This document shows positions 13,331 through 27,626 of a stretch of DNA of 64,000 bases, in pieces. Position numbers and translations under genes: made by a program. The stretch covers positions 10,917,403-10,981,402 of the forward strand of contig CM082587.2 in assembly GCA_040954595.2 (NCBI GenBank). Reading direction: 5' to 3'. The notes beneath the pieces are model-generated. The model was given only the letters and a program-made list of their open reading frames with translations, had not been told where the DNA came from and did no database searches. Origin of the DNA: Balanoglossus misakiensis (lineage: Eukaryota > Animalia > Hemichordata). Position 1 is the stretch's first letter; the number at the start of each line of letters is the position of its first letter.

Positions 13331-16287
13331 TGTACAACTGAAGAAAAAAGAAATCACAAATCTTAAAACTAAGATGCCGTTAAGAATTAAATTTCGCGAA
13401 AAGGAAGTGACGAAATACGTACATTTTCAGGTGCTCTACAACAAGTAGTCTCCCCATCATCCCTATTGGAACATGCAGCTAAAATTTACCATGACGTCAT
13501 TGATTCTACGCGAACGTTTTTCTAAAGGCGACAAACATCTTTTGTATAAATTGTGCTCAAACGCCCGTGAATCTCACTCGCAAAAATTCACAAGTGGCGC
13601 ATACAACACTAGGAAGAAAATTGTTTAGCAGTCTATAAAGTTTGTGACCTGAGATTTGGAAGTAAAAGTTAAACTTAAAAGTTGAGACAGAAGTGATTGA
13701 AGAGTAAAGAAACTTTTGAAGTGTTAAGAAAGTTATCGCATTCCTGATGAAAAGAAAAGAAAATACAATACATTCATTATTTTAAGGAACACAAGGAAGA
13801 CAAGTACTATGCAATCTGAGTATGCATGGATCTTTCATCTAAAAATATATCTCCGCGTCTTTTGACGGGTAAAAATAAAATGCTGGAACGGTCTTTTGGA
13901 TGGCGGACTATTTGTGTCCTTCTTGTCCTCAGAACGCAAGTGGTCGAGTAGGTTTATTTCATTAAATTCTTATATTCTCAGTTGCTACCATAAATACCCA
14001 GTGTTCGTGTCGATGTATCTGGACGTCAGCACGATTCCATATAGGTACCTCTCAGTATTAGCCAAGCGAGTTATCCCCATCGATAGAGTTTAATTCCCCG
14101 TTACATTAACACCAATCCTCCCGCGTGACATTGAGGTTCAAGGTATACAAGCCTTAGGAATCATGCAACCATCCAGAAAGTGTAATAAATTTTGAAGCTA
14201 TGATGTGAGTTTTCAGTTCGTTTCTTCTTTTGATTTGTTGATGTAACATTGTGCGTTTTAAATAAAAGAAAAAAAAATGTACAGAAATGACGTCACAAAA
14301 TTCACTGGTATTGATAAAGCTATATTATATCATATATGATATGTGTTAAATACTACCGTATCTCATTATTGCAGTATTTCGTGCTTTAACATAAAATACG
14401 CGAATAGGGTTTAATACAAAACTAAATGGCACAATTTATGTTTCTTTGCCAAAATTCTTAATCACAAGATCAACCCATCCTTACGCCTCTACTCTATTGC
14501 TAAGAGAAACCAGCGTCTGTAACATGCATTGTGATACCCTGCATGTCAACACTTCATTTTTTCTCGAGCATTGTCAGTTTGGTACCCTGACAACTCACGG
14601 GGCATCATGGGACAATATTAAAGCTGATTCAGTGTTTATGTGCATAAAACACACGGCGGTAAAAACATTCGTTAATTATTGTGGACGCGCGCACGCCCTT
14701 GTCTGTGTACAGGTACTTGCTGCTTGTCTACAGTCACGTGAAACGCTGTTGGTAGTACCCTAGAAGATAGATGTCTTTAATCAGAACTTTGGTAAGGAAG
14801 GTTTGAGAAGTCCATTCTATGTAAAAAAAGTTTAAGAAGTGTGTTATCAAAGGGTGTTGGGGTGGCTGGGGGTCATCAATATATCACTCTGCATCACGTA
14901 CACAGAAAAGGTCGCGACACGCCCACAAATTCACTCACGACTTGCGTCACCGGTTACAGGAGTTCGTACAAAAGTGTGGTTTATGCACATTTAACTGAAT
15001 CAGTTTTTTTTGGCCCATGATGCCCATGGGCCAATACAGGCCACGATGCCTCCAGAATGATGATGGCAATGATGGTGATGATGATGATTGTGGTGGTGGT
15101 GGTGGTGGTTGAGCTTTAATTTCCCTTTCTTCCTGTCTAACCACTTCCTCTCTCACCTTCACTTATTCGGTCTCTCCCCTCCCCTTCTGTCAAAGTCCTC
15201 CCCTCATTCCCTTTCCATCCTGACATTCTCATTTCCGCCCTCTTGCTTTTCTTCTCTCCTTTCTCACATTCCTTCTCTCACCTCTCTCCCCCTCCGTAAC
15301 ATGTTATGTAATATATAAAGTAAAAAAGTCCAAAGCATGATGTTATCACATATGACATTTGGAATGTATTATTGTACTATCTGGTTTAATTTCAAACATA
15401 GTGGAGTTATTTATTGGCCAGTATTTAAGCATGTTTAAAGAAGTCAAACAGCATAATAGGCACATTTCATATCAAACACAATTGATCAAATAAGCTCAAA
15501 GGAGAATTTGAGTAATTTGTCCCTTTAAGTAATGTTAAATATTGGATTTACACTTGTGAACCTCACGTTCATATAATAACAGGTGACCTGACAATCATTC
15601 CAAATACCAAACTTCGGCAGCTGTCCAATTTGCCCGAAATATTGTCTCGAGCAACCAACTTTAGAACCACTATAGATGCTACTGAAACTTATGTAAACAA
15701 AGTGGGCTGCTTGTGAAGAGGAAGACGTGGAGTGTCTCTCAGACTCGCTGCGCTCAGTCAGAGATAAAGTCAAAATATGGATTTGACTTGCAACAGTAAT
15801 TTGTTAGTTAAGTCAAATTCAACTTAAATCTGTCTCTTTGGGTCAGTCTTGACGGGTGCAGCATGCTGGAAGGGTGTGCTTACCCATTTCCGACACCTAG
15901 TACCACAGGGGGCTGCAAACATGAAAGTTATAAATGGCGAAGTACGTTCCATTCTGCGTTTTCCCAACCTGTCTTATCATTTGCTAATCCAGAATAAAAG
16001 CTATCCATTTCCCATTAATCACCTGCTAACGACTTAATCTGTGTGCCCCATCCACGGATTAAGTTAACAAAGTAAACATCGGTCAGCGACTACTGGGTAT
16101 TCTCTTACCAAGTGAGAACTGACCGATGTTTACTTAATCCACTAAATCCGTGGATGGGGCACACAGATTAAGTCGTTAGCAGGTGCTTAATGGGAAATGC
16201 AATAGCTTGTATTCTGGATTAGCAACTGCTAAGACAGGTGGAGGTAACACAGAAAAATAAACAAGCACAAAGACTGTTCATCAATTA

Positions 16288-18611
16288 GAGGTTATAAACG
16301 GCTAGCGAGGGTATTTGGTTGCGGATATAAGACCTCTCAGGTGAAAATTAGCATATTTGGCGGGAAATAATCACCGAGCGCATATAATATAATATGATTT
16401 CGTTTGATATAAGTCGATAAAATGAAAATCTCGCCCGGTTCCGAAGTTGGACAGCCATCATGTACGGGGATTGTCATGCCGGTTCAGGGGCCTCATCACA
16501 CCTTCAACGCATGTCATTCCGATCTCGCGCACACTAGCACTCGTCTCAAACAATGAAGTACACTGACCCATTTCTATATTTCATAAACTTTGAAAACATT
16601 TATTTTAAAAACGCTCAATGGGAATTAAAAAACACCTAAATAATGTTACTCTTAGTCTTAAATACATTAATAAAGTGGAACTATTAAAAAAATGCGCAAG
16701 AATATGTTTACATCATGTCTGCGAAGTAGTCAGCAGAAACACCACGGGAGTATTACGTTTCCGATCAATCAACATTAGAAATGTACATCTTTAATTATGC
16801 TTGGAGGAATTATATGTACTTGTATAAACATATACATTGCCCTGGAAGTTGCAGTTATTGAACATATTGGATGGTGTTATGGAATTTGAGGGGAGAGTTT
16901 GGCATGTGGGTATATTTCTCTCACACCGTTGTGGTGAGCAAGCAACCGCCAAAGACGTAGCAGACGGAGCTGGGGTCCCATCAGCTGTTATGTTACCGGT
17001 ATGTTTATCGTGAATCGATGACATTAAAATGTCACTACACTGTCGTTTCTGTTCATTCGAACTGTCACGACAATAACTACGAATGCTTCCTTCGTTGCGA
17101 TGACCGCTGAGATTCATGATTATTCTCGTTGGGACCCCAGCGTCGTTCAGCGACTTAATGGTTGTTGCTCGCACACAGTGGTTTGTGTATATTACACTCA
17201 ACTCTGCCGCTTTTGATATTTTCTTCATCATTTCCCCTAGTGAATTGTGCCCAAGGGGGCTGTTTACATACCACGTGTTTTCACTGCCGGAGAAATTGGG
17301 AATGGGACGCTGGAAAAACGCATTACAGTTGGGATGGAGTTTACCGATATATTTCAAAATGGCCGTAACTGGGCAGAGGGGAGAATCCGTTTTATACATC
17401 CGCTTCTCACTTTCAAAATTATCTTTCAAATCCCCGGGGTGGTTTTTAGTGGCTTCCAAGTAGGCCAATGTAATGTATTCCCTCCCTTGGTCGTCAACCT
17501 TAAGAATGAAACTCCCCTTATGTAAATCTCGCAGACCCTCCCGCCCCCTTCGACAAAAGAAAAATTCTACATAAAACCATACCATACGTAATAATGACAG
17601 TGGATCAGAGTCGGATAGCGTACCGCTAGCAAACATCTTCTGGATATCGCCCTCGCTTATTGGTGTTTTGTGATTGATGGTGTCCTTTCCATCTCGCTTT
17701 AGGCTCTTTATTTTCCCGACAAATACATTGTTGGCCACCAGAAATTCCCGATCCCTCAAGACATTGATAGCTCGGGTGAATGGGACGTTGGTGATATGTC
17801 AGTGTATCGCAGCTCTGATCCCAGAATAGCTCCGGATGCTATACTCGTTTCCTTCTCTTGTTCTCACCTCGGCATAAAACTGCCTCAGTAAGTTTGCCAG
17901 GTCTTCTACTGGCAGCATTTCAAAATCTGGGGAAATCGATCGCTCCATACACCAGGCTGCAACGGTTAAAATAGAGACGGTAAATACAACAACAACTGCG
18001 TGATTTTAAGGTCAACAGGTGAAACGACTAACGCGATTGTTTACAAACAATGAAAATGGCGGCGCCCATTTCGGCGTGAACGATAAAATATACGACCACT
18101 ATTTTTTTTTATTGAATACTTACTTTTCAGTAACTTAACTCCCCACTTGGTCGATGCATTTGTATTTGCCTCATTTTTTTTCGCCGCTGACTGTTCCACC
18201 TTTTCGTGTGACAACTCGGGGAATCTCGGCGTCTGCGGGTAGGCATGATTTACTGCTGGAGGAATGCACGGTCCCGGTAGATTCTCGAGTATCGTCGCCG
18301 CTTGTAGGAGTTCTTCGTCAGATATTTCGTCAAGTTGTTCGAGGTTAAAATTCAAATCAAAGTCAGAATCTAGCCTTTCAGACATGGCGGCTGGCTGCAT
18401 TTTGAGCTCTTCTTGATATTTCCAAAATTTGCACGAGCTGATTGCAGCAGACGACATTTCCACCATCCCACAGCCAATCAAATGCAGTCCACCATCCCAC
18501 AGCCAATCAAATGCAAAGTTTATTAGCTATTCTCCGTTCAGGGCCAAGTTGGGCCAGGTCATCTTGTTGAGAATATAAACCCTGGCTCCAGCACCAAGCA
18601 TATTATAATTA
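16288..18611 (-). mobile_element. Crypton (tyrosine recombinase DNA transposon), 2324 bp
   Basis: Present in copy 1 only; empty site CATCAATTAATGTTTATTG at ~28002-28020; AATTA at both junctions; no TIRs; encodes a YR. Confidence 0.9.
16791..18400 (-). pseudogene. Crypton tyrosine recombinase (DUF3504/KCTD1-ZMYM-QRICH1-related), 2 exons (~18400-18124, 17956-16791), one in-frame TGA at 17799-17801
   Basis: Catalytic R-K-HxxR-H-Y set: CRRGRE, ATKNH, NHCVRAT, SGHRN, IRSY; GT-AG intron 18123-17957 joins KWGVKLLK-TWCMERS in frame; FYAEVR..G..YS motif. Start codon uncertain. Confidence 0.88.
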
Positions 18612-19976
18612 ATGTTTATTGGGGGAAAATGCAGGAACTCCGCCATTTATAACTTTCATGTTTGCAGCCCCCTGTGCGAGTACTACCACTTAGCAGTGGT
18701 TCAAGAAGATCCTGTTGAAATTGTAAGTTTTTCACTTATTTCTTTTCTGAACCTGGACCTGGTAATTAGCTTAGCTTGAGTAATATTGATTATTGGACCT
18801 GGTTTGATGTCTTATTATAACAACTACAGAAGAATCTCTGGACACAGTGAAATACACTCCAGGGTTATGGTAATGACTGACAAATTGTCAGTTTAAAAAA
18901 GTAGACAAAGAACTCAATTAAATATTATAATAAAAATATGCTTTTAATATAAGGAAAAGGTACAATTGATATACTTGTAATTAAAACATAAATATAATGA
19001 TGAAATTCTTCAACTGTTCTGTAGTTGCACCAGTATTTGTGTAAGCTAAAAATGTTGACTTCTGGCAGGACAACAAAATCAGATATTAAACTTATTTATA
19101 GTACTTCCACTTCATGACTTTGTTCAAAAATTTCCCAAACTTATTTCATTGTTGATGAGTTGTCACCTCCGAACAACACAAAAAGGAACAGTTTGTATAA
19201 AAAAGTAATTTTGCATGAATCTTAAACATACATGCACAAGTTGAGTAAATAACACAATATAATCATATTCTACAATGAATTACAATATCAAGATTAAGGG
19301 TTTCACATATGACATTACATTGCTACATTTTATATACATGAATTTAATTTGAAAAATTTCCATTGATCTATAACACCATGAATAATATAAAAATATGCGA
19401 ATAAATACTTTGAATTATTATATATACATGTCAGGTCTCAAAGTGAGTAACAATATTTTCATTCACCTATGAACTGGTAATTAACCAAATGAAATGATAG
19501 GATCTTTTATTTTGAGGATCTTATAATTGTGATCATACACATCCATATTCCAAAATTCGCATGCCAAACAAATATCAGATTTATACGACCAGTTGTAAAG
19601 ACAGTACAAGGGGCAAAAAAAAATAATAGTAGTTCATCATCATCTCCCTTCTTTTACAGTCTTGGAGAATGGTGACGGTTGAAGTCAAATTAAAGAAAAA
19701 TATCAAGATTTGAAGCACTATTTCAGGATGGATCTGTTGTTTGATCAGAGGGGCGTCGTATCCAGAAGCATGTAGTTGAAGCAGTTCTGGCGACGAAGAA
19801 AAGAGGTCTCGTGGAATGAAGAAGGGAAGACTCTTGAATCGTCTGCTATCGCAAAAGAACTGAGATAGAATGACATTCAACTGAATAATCAGCCTTTTTA
19901 ATCTATAGTTTGGGAGATTTGATCATTGAAATATTGCGTGATCGTATTGTCTTTGTCTACTCTGATGACGTGAGTT

Positions 19977-22900
19977 CAATGCAATTCAATTTCAATTCAA
20001 TTTATTACCCTTGTTGAAAAGTTGAAAAGTATTTACATAACTCACGAGTGAGACAGGTTGAATGAAAGGGTAATTGGGAACAGAAAATAGCAGGTGCTAG
20101 TCAAGTCTGTTCCCATTCCTCTGTACATTGCGGTATAAAAATTAGTTACATTTCATTTTGAGGGCAGTGTATTTCTTAGAGAGAAGCAATATTAGGCATG
20201 TACACTGTAAAGGCAATTATGTACATAGACAGTAGCTAAACTTGAATGAAATAAATACATTGAATGTATAAATTGAACTACTATATATAAATATATATAT
20301 ATTTATAGTTAATTTTCTAAATACATCTGTTTGAGCGAGTACCGGAAAGTTTGTTGGGATTTTTTGTTTTTTATTTGTTCTGGTAATGAATTCCATAAGA
20401 GAGGGCCATTATAAGATATTGCAAATTTGCCCATTGTTGTATTTACACTTGGAATATGGAGATTACCTTGGTTTTTGTGGCGTGTACTGTAATCATGGAG
20501 AGGTAATTGACAGTAGGTTGTCAGCCTTTGTGGAAGATTATTGTTTACAAGATCATACCTGAAGAAGCATACCTGGAGCTTATGTAATTTGAAAATATCA
20601 AGGATTTTCAATTTATGGAATAAAGGAGTTGAATGAGCTGTGAAATCACTGAAGGTTATTGCTCTTACTGCCATTTTTTGTAATAACTTAATACGGTTGA
20701 GATATGAAGGATATGTTGACCCCCATACTTCGAGGCCGTATGTTATATGTGGTTGGATAAGTGATTTGTAGAGTAAGGTAAGTATTATGGGTAGGTACAA
20801 AATGTCTGAGTTTAAAGAGAATGCCAACTTTCTTTCTGATGATTGTGTTTAGCATCTGGATATGTTTTGACCAGGTAAGATGCCTGTCAATGAGAATGCC
20901 AACAAATGATGCAGCTTCTACCTCATTTATGACCATATTATTTATGTGGAGAGAACCAACATGGGAAAACTTTCGTCTTTGGTTTCTGAAAATACTGTAA
21001 TTTGTTTTTAGGTGATTTATAGTGAGTTTGTTGGCATTGCACCAATCTAGCACCAGCTGTAACTGGCTGTCAACATGGTTCAGATTGATATCACTTTTGT
21101 TTGCAGGGAAGGTATGGAACAGATTTGTATCATCAGCAAACAGCCGAAAGTTGAAGAAGGATGTTGAAAGGGCTATATCATTAATAAATAATAAAAATAG
21201 AGTAGGTCCAAGGACAGATCCCTGTGGAACTCCACATGTAATATTATGGCTAGATGAGATATGGCCATCTGATCAGCACAAACATGTTGACATCTATCTT
21301 TTAAATAATCTGTAAACCATTGTAGAGGACGTCCACGTATACCATAGTGAGAGAGTTTAGATAGTAATATTGTATGATCAATGGTATCAAAGGCTTTTGA
21401 AAAGTCAAGGAAAATGCCAAGTGTAATTCTGCCAGCATTAAGTTGCTTAATGAGATAATTGACAAGATTGATCAGAGAGAGTTTGGTACTATATTTTTGT
21501 CGAAAGGCATACTGATGTTCATATAGAATATCAAATTGTTCTACAAAGTTGGTAAGACGGGAGTTGACTATTTTTTCTAAGACTTTGCTTATAAGAGGTA
21601 AAATTGATATTGGTCTGTAATTTTCTGGATCATCAGTGGTTCCTTTCTTGAAACTTGGTATAACTTTTGCTGATTTTAGGGCTTTCGGAAATATTCCTGA
21701 ATGAAAGGAGAGGTTGAATATGTATTCTAATGGTTTAGATATTACAGCAGCTCCATCTATAAGAAGTCTAGCAGGAATTTGATCTTGGCCACAAGCTTTA
21801 TAAGGATCTAGGCTACAAATAATTTTTCAAACTGAGTTGTTGGGGCAAGAAAGATTGAGTTTGAGATGGGTGCCTTGAGATAATTATTAAAGTTGCAATT
21901 GTTAGACTTTATTTTACTAGCAAGGTCTGGACCAATACCAACAAAGTAGTTATTTAGCTCATTGACAATGTCAGTTTTCTTATTTACGGTTCGTACCTTA
22001 CCATTAGACTTAACACACAGATTATCTGGCAGAGATTGACTGGCATTACCTTGGCTTCCAAGTATCTCTCTAATTATTTTCCATATTGCAGTAGTGTTAT
22101 TTTCATTTTGTATAAAAATATTGCTATAGTACATCGGTTTGGCTTTCCTGAGTAAAGCCGATAAAATATTTCGATATTTTTTTTATAATTATCAACAGCA
22201 ACAGCATTATTAAATTTTGATTTATATAATTTGTTATATAGCCTATGTTTGGTGTTAATAGATTTTCTAAGTGATTTGGTGATCCAAGGTTTTTTTATTT
22301 TTTTGGTACTATAGGATTTGGTAGAAATAGGTGCATGTTTATCACAAATTTCATTAAAGACTGAATAAAAATTGTTGTAAGCCTCATTAGCATCAGAGCA
22401 ATGGTACACAGAATCCCAGGTTGTGTTTTCAAGATCTTCGTAAAATTGGGAGGGACTATAGTTTTTGAAATTTCTGAAAATAATTTTCTCTTTTTGTGGC
22501 AATTTTAGAGGAATATTTTCTAAAAGAGTATACACAGGGAAATGGTCTGAGATATCAGTGATTATAGTGCCAGCATGAATAGGACGTTGATTAATATTTG
22601 TGTAGATGTGGTCAATTAAATTTCAGATGAACTAGTCACTCTGGTTGGGGTAGATATCAGCTGTCTTAAGCCTATACATTCCAAGGAGGATAGATATGAA
22701 TCTATATTGGGGTTGGTCAGTCTTATGTTAGTATCAATATTAAAATCGCCCATTAAAATACAATTATTTTTGTCACATCTGAGCTCGTTTAAAACTTGCA
22801 TGAGACTAATTTGAAATTCTGTTATATCAGTATTAGGTTTTCTGTAGATTATTCCCATAAATTATCTTCGTATTTTTAACCTGTACCTCCATCCAGAGTG

Positions 22901-23276
22901 ATTCTGAGTGACTGACACTTGCTCGAAGCAGCTTGTAGATTACTGATGAATGTATGTAAGCCCCAACCCCACCGCCCCTTCCTACTTCACGAGACTTCAC
23001 TTCCAATGTGTAATCTTGCATATTATAAATACTTAAGTTATTTGGGTCCCATACTTCAGAGATTCCAATGATAGCGAATTTGGACTTTATAATATCTTCA
23101 TATAGTAATTTTAAGGCATCAACGTTTCTGTGTAATGATCTGACATTTAGATGGGAAACACAAAATGAATTATAAAGCTGGGGGGGGGGGAAGTGTTCAT
23201 CAAAATCACAGGGTGGAAGGGTATGATGACTTACATTGAAGAGTGGTTCTTTGAGTTTTATTGTAGTCTTACGCAT
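19977..23276 (-). mobile_element. CR1-group (L2/Crack-like) LINE, degenerate copy 2
   Basis: Same element as 8211-11180, broken into several ORFs by frameshifts but retaining the GVPQGSVLGP and FADD RT core (~21120-21240). Confidence 0.9.
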
Positions 23277-24149
23277 CCTTTCACATAAGAAGAGTTAGTA
23301 GACGTGAGTTGACTGACCGTTATTAACCGCTTTTGATTTGATATTGTTTTCCACCAAGTTTTTGCATTGTTTTCGACATTGTAAATGTGTATTCTTTTGT
23401 TGAAGTGATGCCGTGAAGTGTAGTGAAGTTTAATAGGTTTTTGAGGAGTTGTTGAAGTTTTTGTGATGACCGCAAGAGAGACGGTCTGGTGATGAAGTCG
23501 TGATGTTTTAATGACCGCAAGGGAGACGGTCTGGCGTATGAAAATGGCCCTTTGAGTTGACATGTGAGTTCATACGAGGGACAAGAGAGAAGTCCCAGAG
23601 TGTAGTTGAAGTTAAGCGTGATTTTATTGTAGTCTTACGCATCCTTTCACATAAGAATTCGTTTCGTGGTTATTTTTGAACGTGACAGTGTGATGAAGTG
23701 TATTCATTTTTACTGTTTATTACGAGCTTGTATTGCATTATGATCCACTCTGAAATGCTCCGTACTTGGCGGTATTATCCGGAACCGTTATTGTGTTCGA
23801 GAGCATCTTTGGAATGTGCCTGCTCCGTTAGTACAGCAGTGAAGAGAATGTTTGTACGAAAGAACTATAGACTTATTTTTTTTACGCGGTTATTGACTGT
23901 TGAATTTTGCACTGGAAAAGAGACACTCTTTGACGAGAAGTCAGAACAGTGAAGTCGTTTTGAATTTTGACATTGAAAACGTTTTATGAGATTTTCTTTA
24001 ATTTGTTTGAACAGGCTGTGATATTTTAAAGGGGATTATTGAGTTTGATTTTGACGTAGTGTTTTTAAAACCGATAGCGCAGACCTGGTTTTCGTTTTCA
24101 TTCTTTCTTTGATCGAACGTGGAAGTTCGATTATTGGAAAAGTGGGAAG

Positions 24150-24689
24150 TGTCACGATTGAGTTTTAACGATCATAGATCTTGTTTATGATTACGTAAAA
24201 AGTCATTCACTTATATGGTTTTAGTCCAGTATTGACATTGGTACTTGACCCAGAGTAAACAAGATTGTGTAATTGATACATGTCAGAACGAGATAGAGAT
24301 ATCACGCGCTAAGTTCATGTTTAAGAAATATCAAGATGACGTGTTCCTTTTATGACTTAATACTTGACTAACGTATTAATAACGTGTGGTGAAATTTGAG
24401 ATCACACGTTTATCACCGGAGATCCGTGATGGGAGTCAACGAGCATGGATCGAGTCGTGTAATTCTTACGTGTGACCAGTAATAAACCAGAACGTTGTGT
24501 TACTCGGAAAACTTCTTGCAAGTCTCTGTCTACGAAAGGTTTATGATCTGCCGGGTACCTCTCTCGGACTTTATGAATATGTTGGGTGGAGAAGGAGATG
24601 GAGAGAATGTACGCCGTCAGCTTTCGGACGTGGCTGATTCCCCGCAGAAGCCGATGAGGTAAACGTCCGGAGGACGACCGGCCGTAACA
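24150..24689 (+). repeat. Duplicated 3' LTR (540 bp)
   Basis: Same termini, upstream PPT and downstream flank as 12454-12993. Confidence 0.85.
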
Positions 24690-24692
24690 ACA

Positions 24693-25030
24693 AACTGCAT
24701 GAATTAAAGTTCAACAATTCTTAGAAGACAGGAACGTCAGAGGTTGAATCTTGATGGGAAAAGGCGAGGTATCGCTGGTTATCATCGGCGTACTGATGAA
24801 ATTGTAGGATGTGGGGACGAATCAGTTTACTATAAAGTGGGGCTATATAAATGGTGAACAACAGAGGGGCAGTGGCACCCCGTATACGAGAGGTGACTGT
24901 GAACTTGCAGTGTTTTCGATGATTACAGTTTGATATCTATATTGAAGGTAAGATGTAAACCATGTTAGTACTGTGTCTGAGATGCCAAGGTTCGATAGTC
25001 TACAAAGAAGTATCCCGTGATGCAAATGTA
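24693..25030 (-). pseudogene. L2-type RT fragment (duplicate of 12997-13330)
   Basis: ORF 24843-25025 nearly identical to 13147-13329. Confidence 0.75.
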
Positions 25031-27626
25031 CAACTGAAGAAAAACGGAATCACAAATCTTAAAACTAAGATGCCGTTAAGAATTAAATTTCGCGAAAAGG
25101 AAGTGACGAAATACGTACATTTTCAGGTGCTCTACAACAAGTAGTCTCCCTATCATCCCTATTGGAGCATGCAGCTAAAATTTACCATGACGTCATTGAT
25201 TCTACGCGAACGTTTTTCTAATGGCGATAAACATCTTTTGTATAAATTGTGCTCAAACGCCCGTGAATCTCACTCGCAAAAATTCACAAGTGGCGCATAC
25301 AACACTAGGAAGAAAATTGTTTAGCAGTCTATAGAGTCTGTGACCTGAGATTTGGAAGTAAAAGTTAAACTTAAAAGTTGAGACAGAAGTGATTGAAGAG
25401 TAAAGAAACTTTTGAAGTGTTAAGAAAGTTATCGCATTCCTGATGAAAAGAAAAGAAAATACAATACATTTATTGTTTTAAGGAACACAAGGAAGACAAG
25501 TACTATGCAATCAGAGTATGCATGGATCATTCATCTAAAAATATATCTCCGCGTCTTTTGGCAGGTAAAAATAAAATGCTGGAACGGTCTTTTGGATGGC
25601 GGACTATTTGTGTCCTTCTTGTCCTCAGAACGCAAGTGGTCGAGTAGGTTTATTTCATTAAATTCTTATATCCTCAGTTGCTACCATAAATACCCAGTGT
25701 TCGTGTCGATGTATCTGGACGTCAGCACGATTCCATATAGGTACCTCTCAGTATTAGCCAAGCGAGTTATCCCCATCGATAGAGTTTAATTCCCCGTTAC
25801 ATTCCCAACACCAATCCTCCCGCGTGACATTGAGGTTGAAGGTATACAAGCCTTAGGAATCATGCAACCATCCAGAAAGTGTAATAAATTTTGAAGCTAT
25901 GATGTGAGTTTTCAGTTCGTTTCTTCTTTTGATTTGTTGATGTAACATTGTGCGTTTTAAATAAAAGATAAAAAAATGTACAGCAATGACGTCACAAAAT
26001 TCACTGGTATTGATAAAGCTATATTATATCATATATGATATGTGTTAAATACTACCGTATCTCATTATTGCAGTATTTAGTGCTTTAACACAAAATACGC
26101 GAATAGGGTTTAATACAAAACTAAATGACACAATTTCTGTTTCTTTGCCAAAATTCTTAATCACAAGATCAACCCATCCTTACGCCTCTACTCTATTCCT
26201 AAGAGAAACCAGCGTCCGTAACATGCATTGTGAAACCCCTCAACAACATGCATGTCAACACTTCATTTTTTCTCCAGCATTGTCAGTTTGGTACCCTGAC
26301 AACTCACGGGGCATCATGGGACAATATTAAAGCTGATTCAGTGTTTATGTGCATAAAACACACGGCGGTGGAAACATTCGTTTTAAATTATTGTGGACGC
26401 GCGCACGCCCTTGTCTGTGTACAGGTACTTGATGCTTGTCTACAGTCACGTGAAACGCTGTTGGTAGTACCCTAGAAGATAGATGTCTTTAATCAGAACT
26501 TTGGTAAGGAAGGTTTGAGAAGTCCATTCTATGTAAAGAAAGTTTAAGAAGTGTGTTACCAAAGGGTGTGGGGTGGCTGGGGGTCATCAATATATCACTC
26601 TGCATCACGTTCACAGAAAAGGTCGCGACACGCCCACAAATTCACTCACGACTTGCGTCACCGGTTACAGGAGTTCGTACAAAAGTGTGGTTTATGCACA
26701 TTTTTTGGCCCATGATGCCCATGGGCCAATACAGGCCACGATGCCTCCAGAATGATGATGGCAATGATGGTGATGATGATGATTGTGGTGGTAGTGGTGG
26801 TGGTGATTGAGCTTTAATTTTCCTTTCTTCCTGTCTAACCACTTCCTCTCTCACCTTCACTTATTCGGTCTCTTCCCTCCCCTTCTGTCAAAGTCCTCCC
26901 CTCATTCCCTTTCCATCCTGACATTCTCATTTCCGCCCTCTTGCTTTTCTTCTCCTTTCTCACATTCCTTTTCTCACCTATCTCCCCCCTTCGTAACATG
27001 TTATGTAATATATAAAGTAAAAACGTCCAAAGCATGATGTTATCACAGATGACATTTGGAATGTATTATTGTACTATCTGGTTTAATTTCAAACATAGTG
27101 GAGTTATTTATTGGCCAGTATTTAAGCATGTTTAAAGAAGTCAAACAGCATAATAGGCACATTTCATATCAAACAAAATTGACCAAATAAGCTCAAAAGA
27201 GGATTTGAACAATTTGTCCCTTTAAGTAATGTTCAATATTGGATTTACACTTGTGATTGTATGTCATCTCCCTTTTGTTAGAAACCTGACAGTCATATAA
27301 TAAACAGGTGACCTGACAATCATTTGAAATACCAAACTTCGGCAGCTATTCCAGTTTGGTCCAAAAACCTAATTTTAACTGGCACCTCAACTTTAGGACT
27401 ATTATGGATGTTGCTGAAACTTGAAGTGGGCTGCTTGTGAAGAGGAAGACGTGGAGTGTCCCCAGACTCGCTGCGCTCAGTCAGAGATAAAGTCAAAATA
27501 TGGATTTGACTTGCAACAGTAATTTGTTAGTTAAGTCAAATTCAACTTAAATCTGTCTCTTTGGGTCAGTCTTAACGGGTGTAGCATGCTGGAAGGGTGT
27601 GCTTACCCATTTCCGACACCTAGTAC

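Larger units (their letters stand above)
15904..18676. mobile_element. Palindromic MITE (449 bp when uninterrupted), split by Crypton insertion
   Basis: TIR CACAGGGGGCTGCAAACATGAAAGTTATAAATGGCG; long internal hairpin ~15970-16240; flanks CTAGTAC/CGAGTAC (7-bp TSD, 1 mismatch). Confidence 0.85.
7962..19726 (+). repeat. Tandem segmental duplication, copy 1
   Basis: Collinear with 19727-29450 apart from copy-specific insertions/deletions. Confidence 0.92.

Noticed and set aside
13266-15773. Short ORFs conserved between 13-15 kb and 25-27 kb
   Set aside because: Similarity is explained by the segmental duplication; frames and stops differ between copies and there are no recognisable domains.
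16791-17759. Phage integrase / bacterial contamination or host KCTD1/ZMYM gene
   Set aside because: Has a GT-AG intron, discrete insertion boundaries and an empty paralogous site; retains all catalytic residues and lacks the extra host domains.
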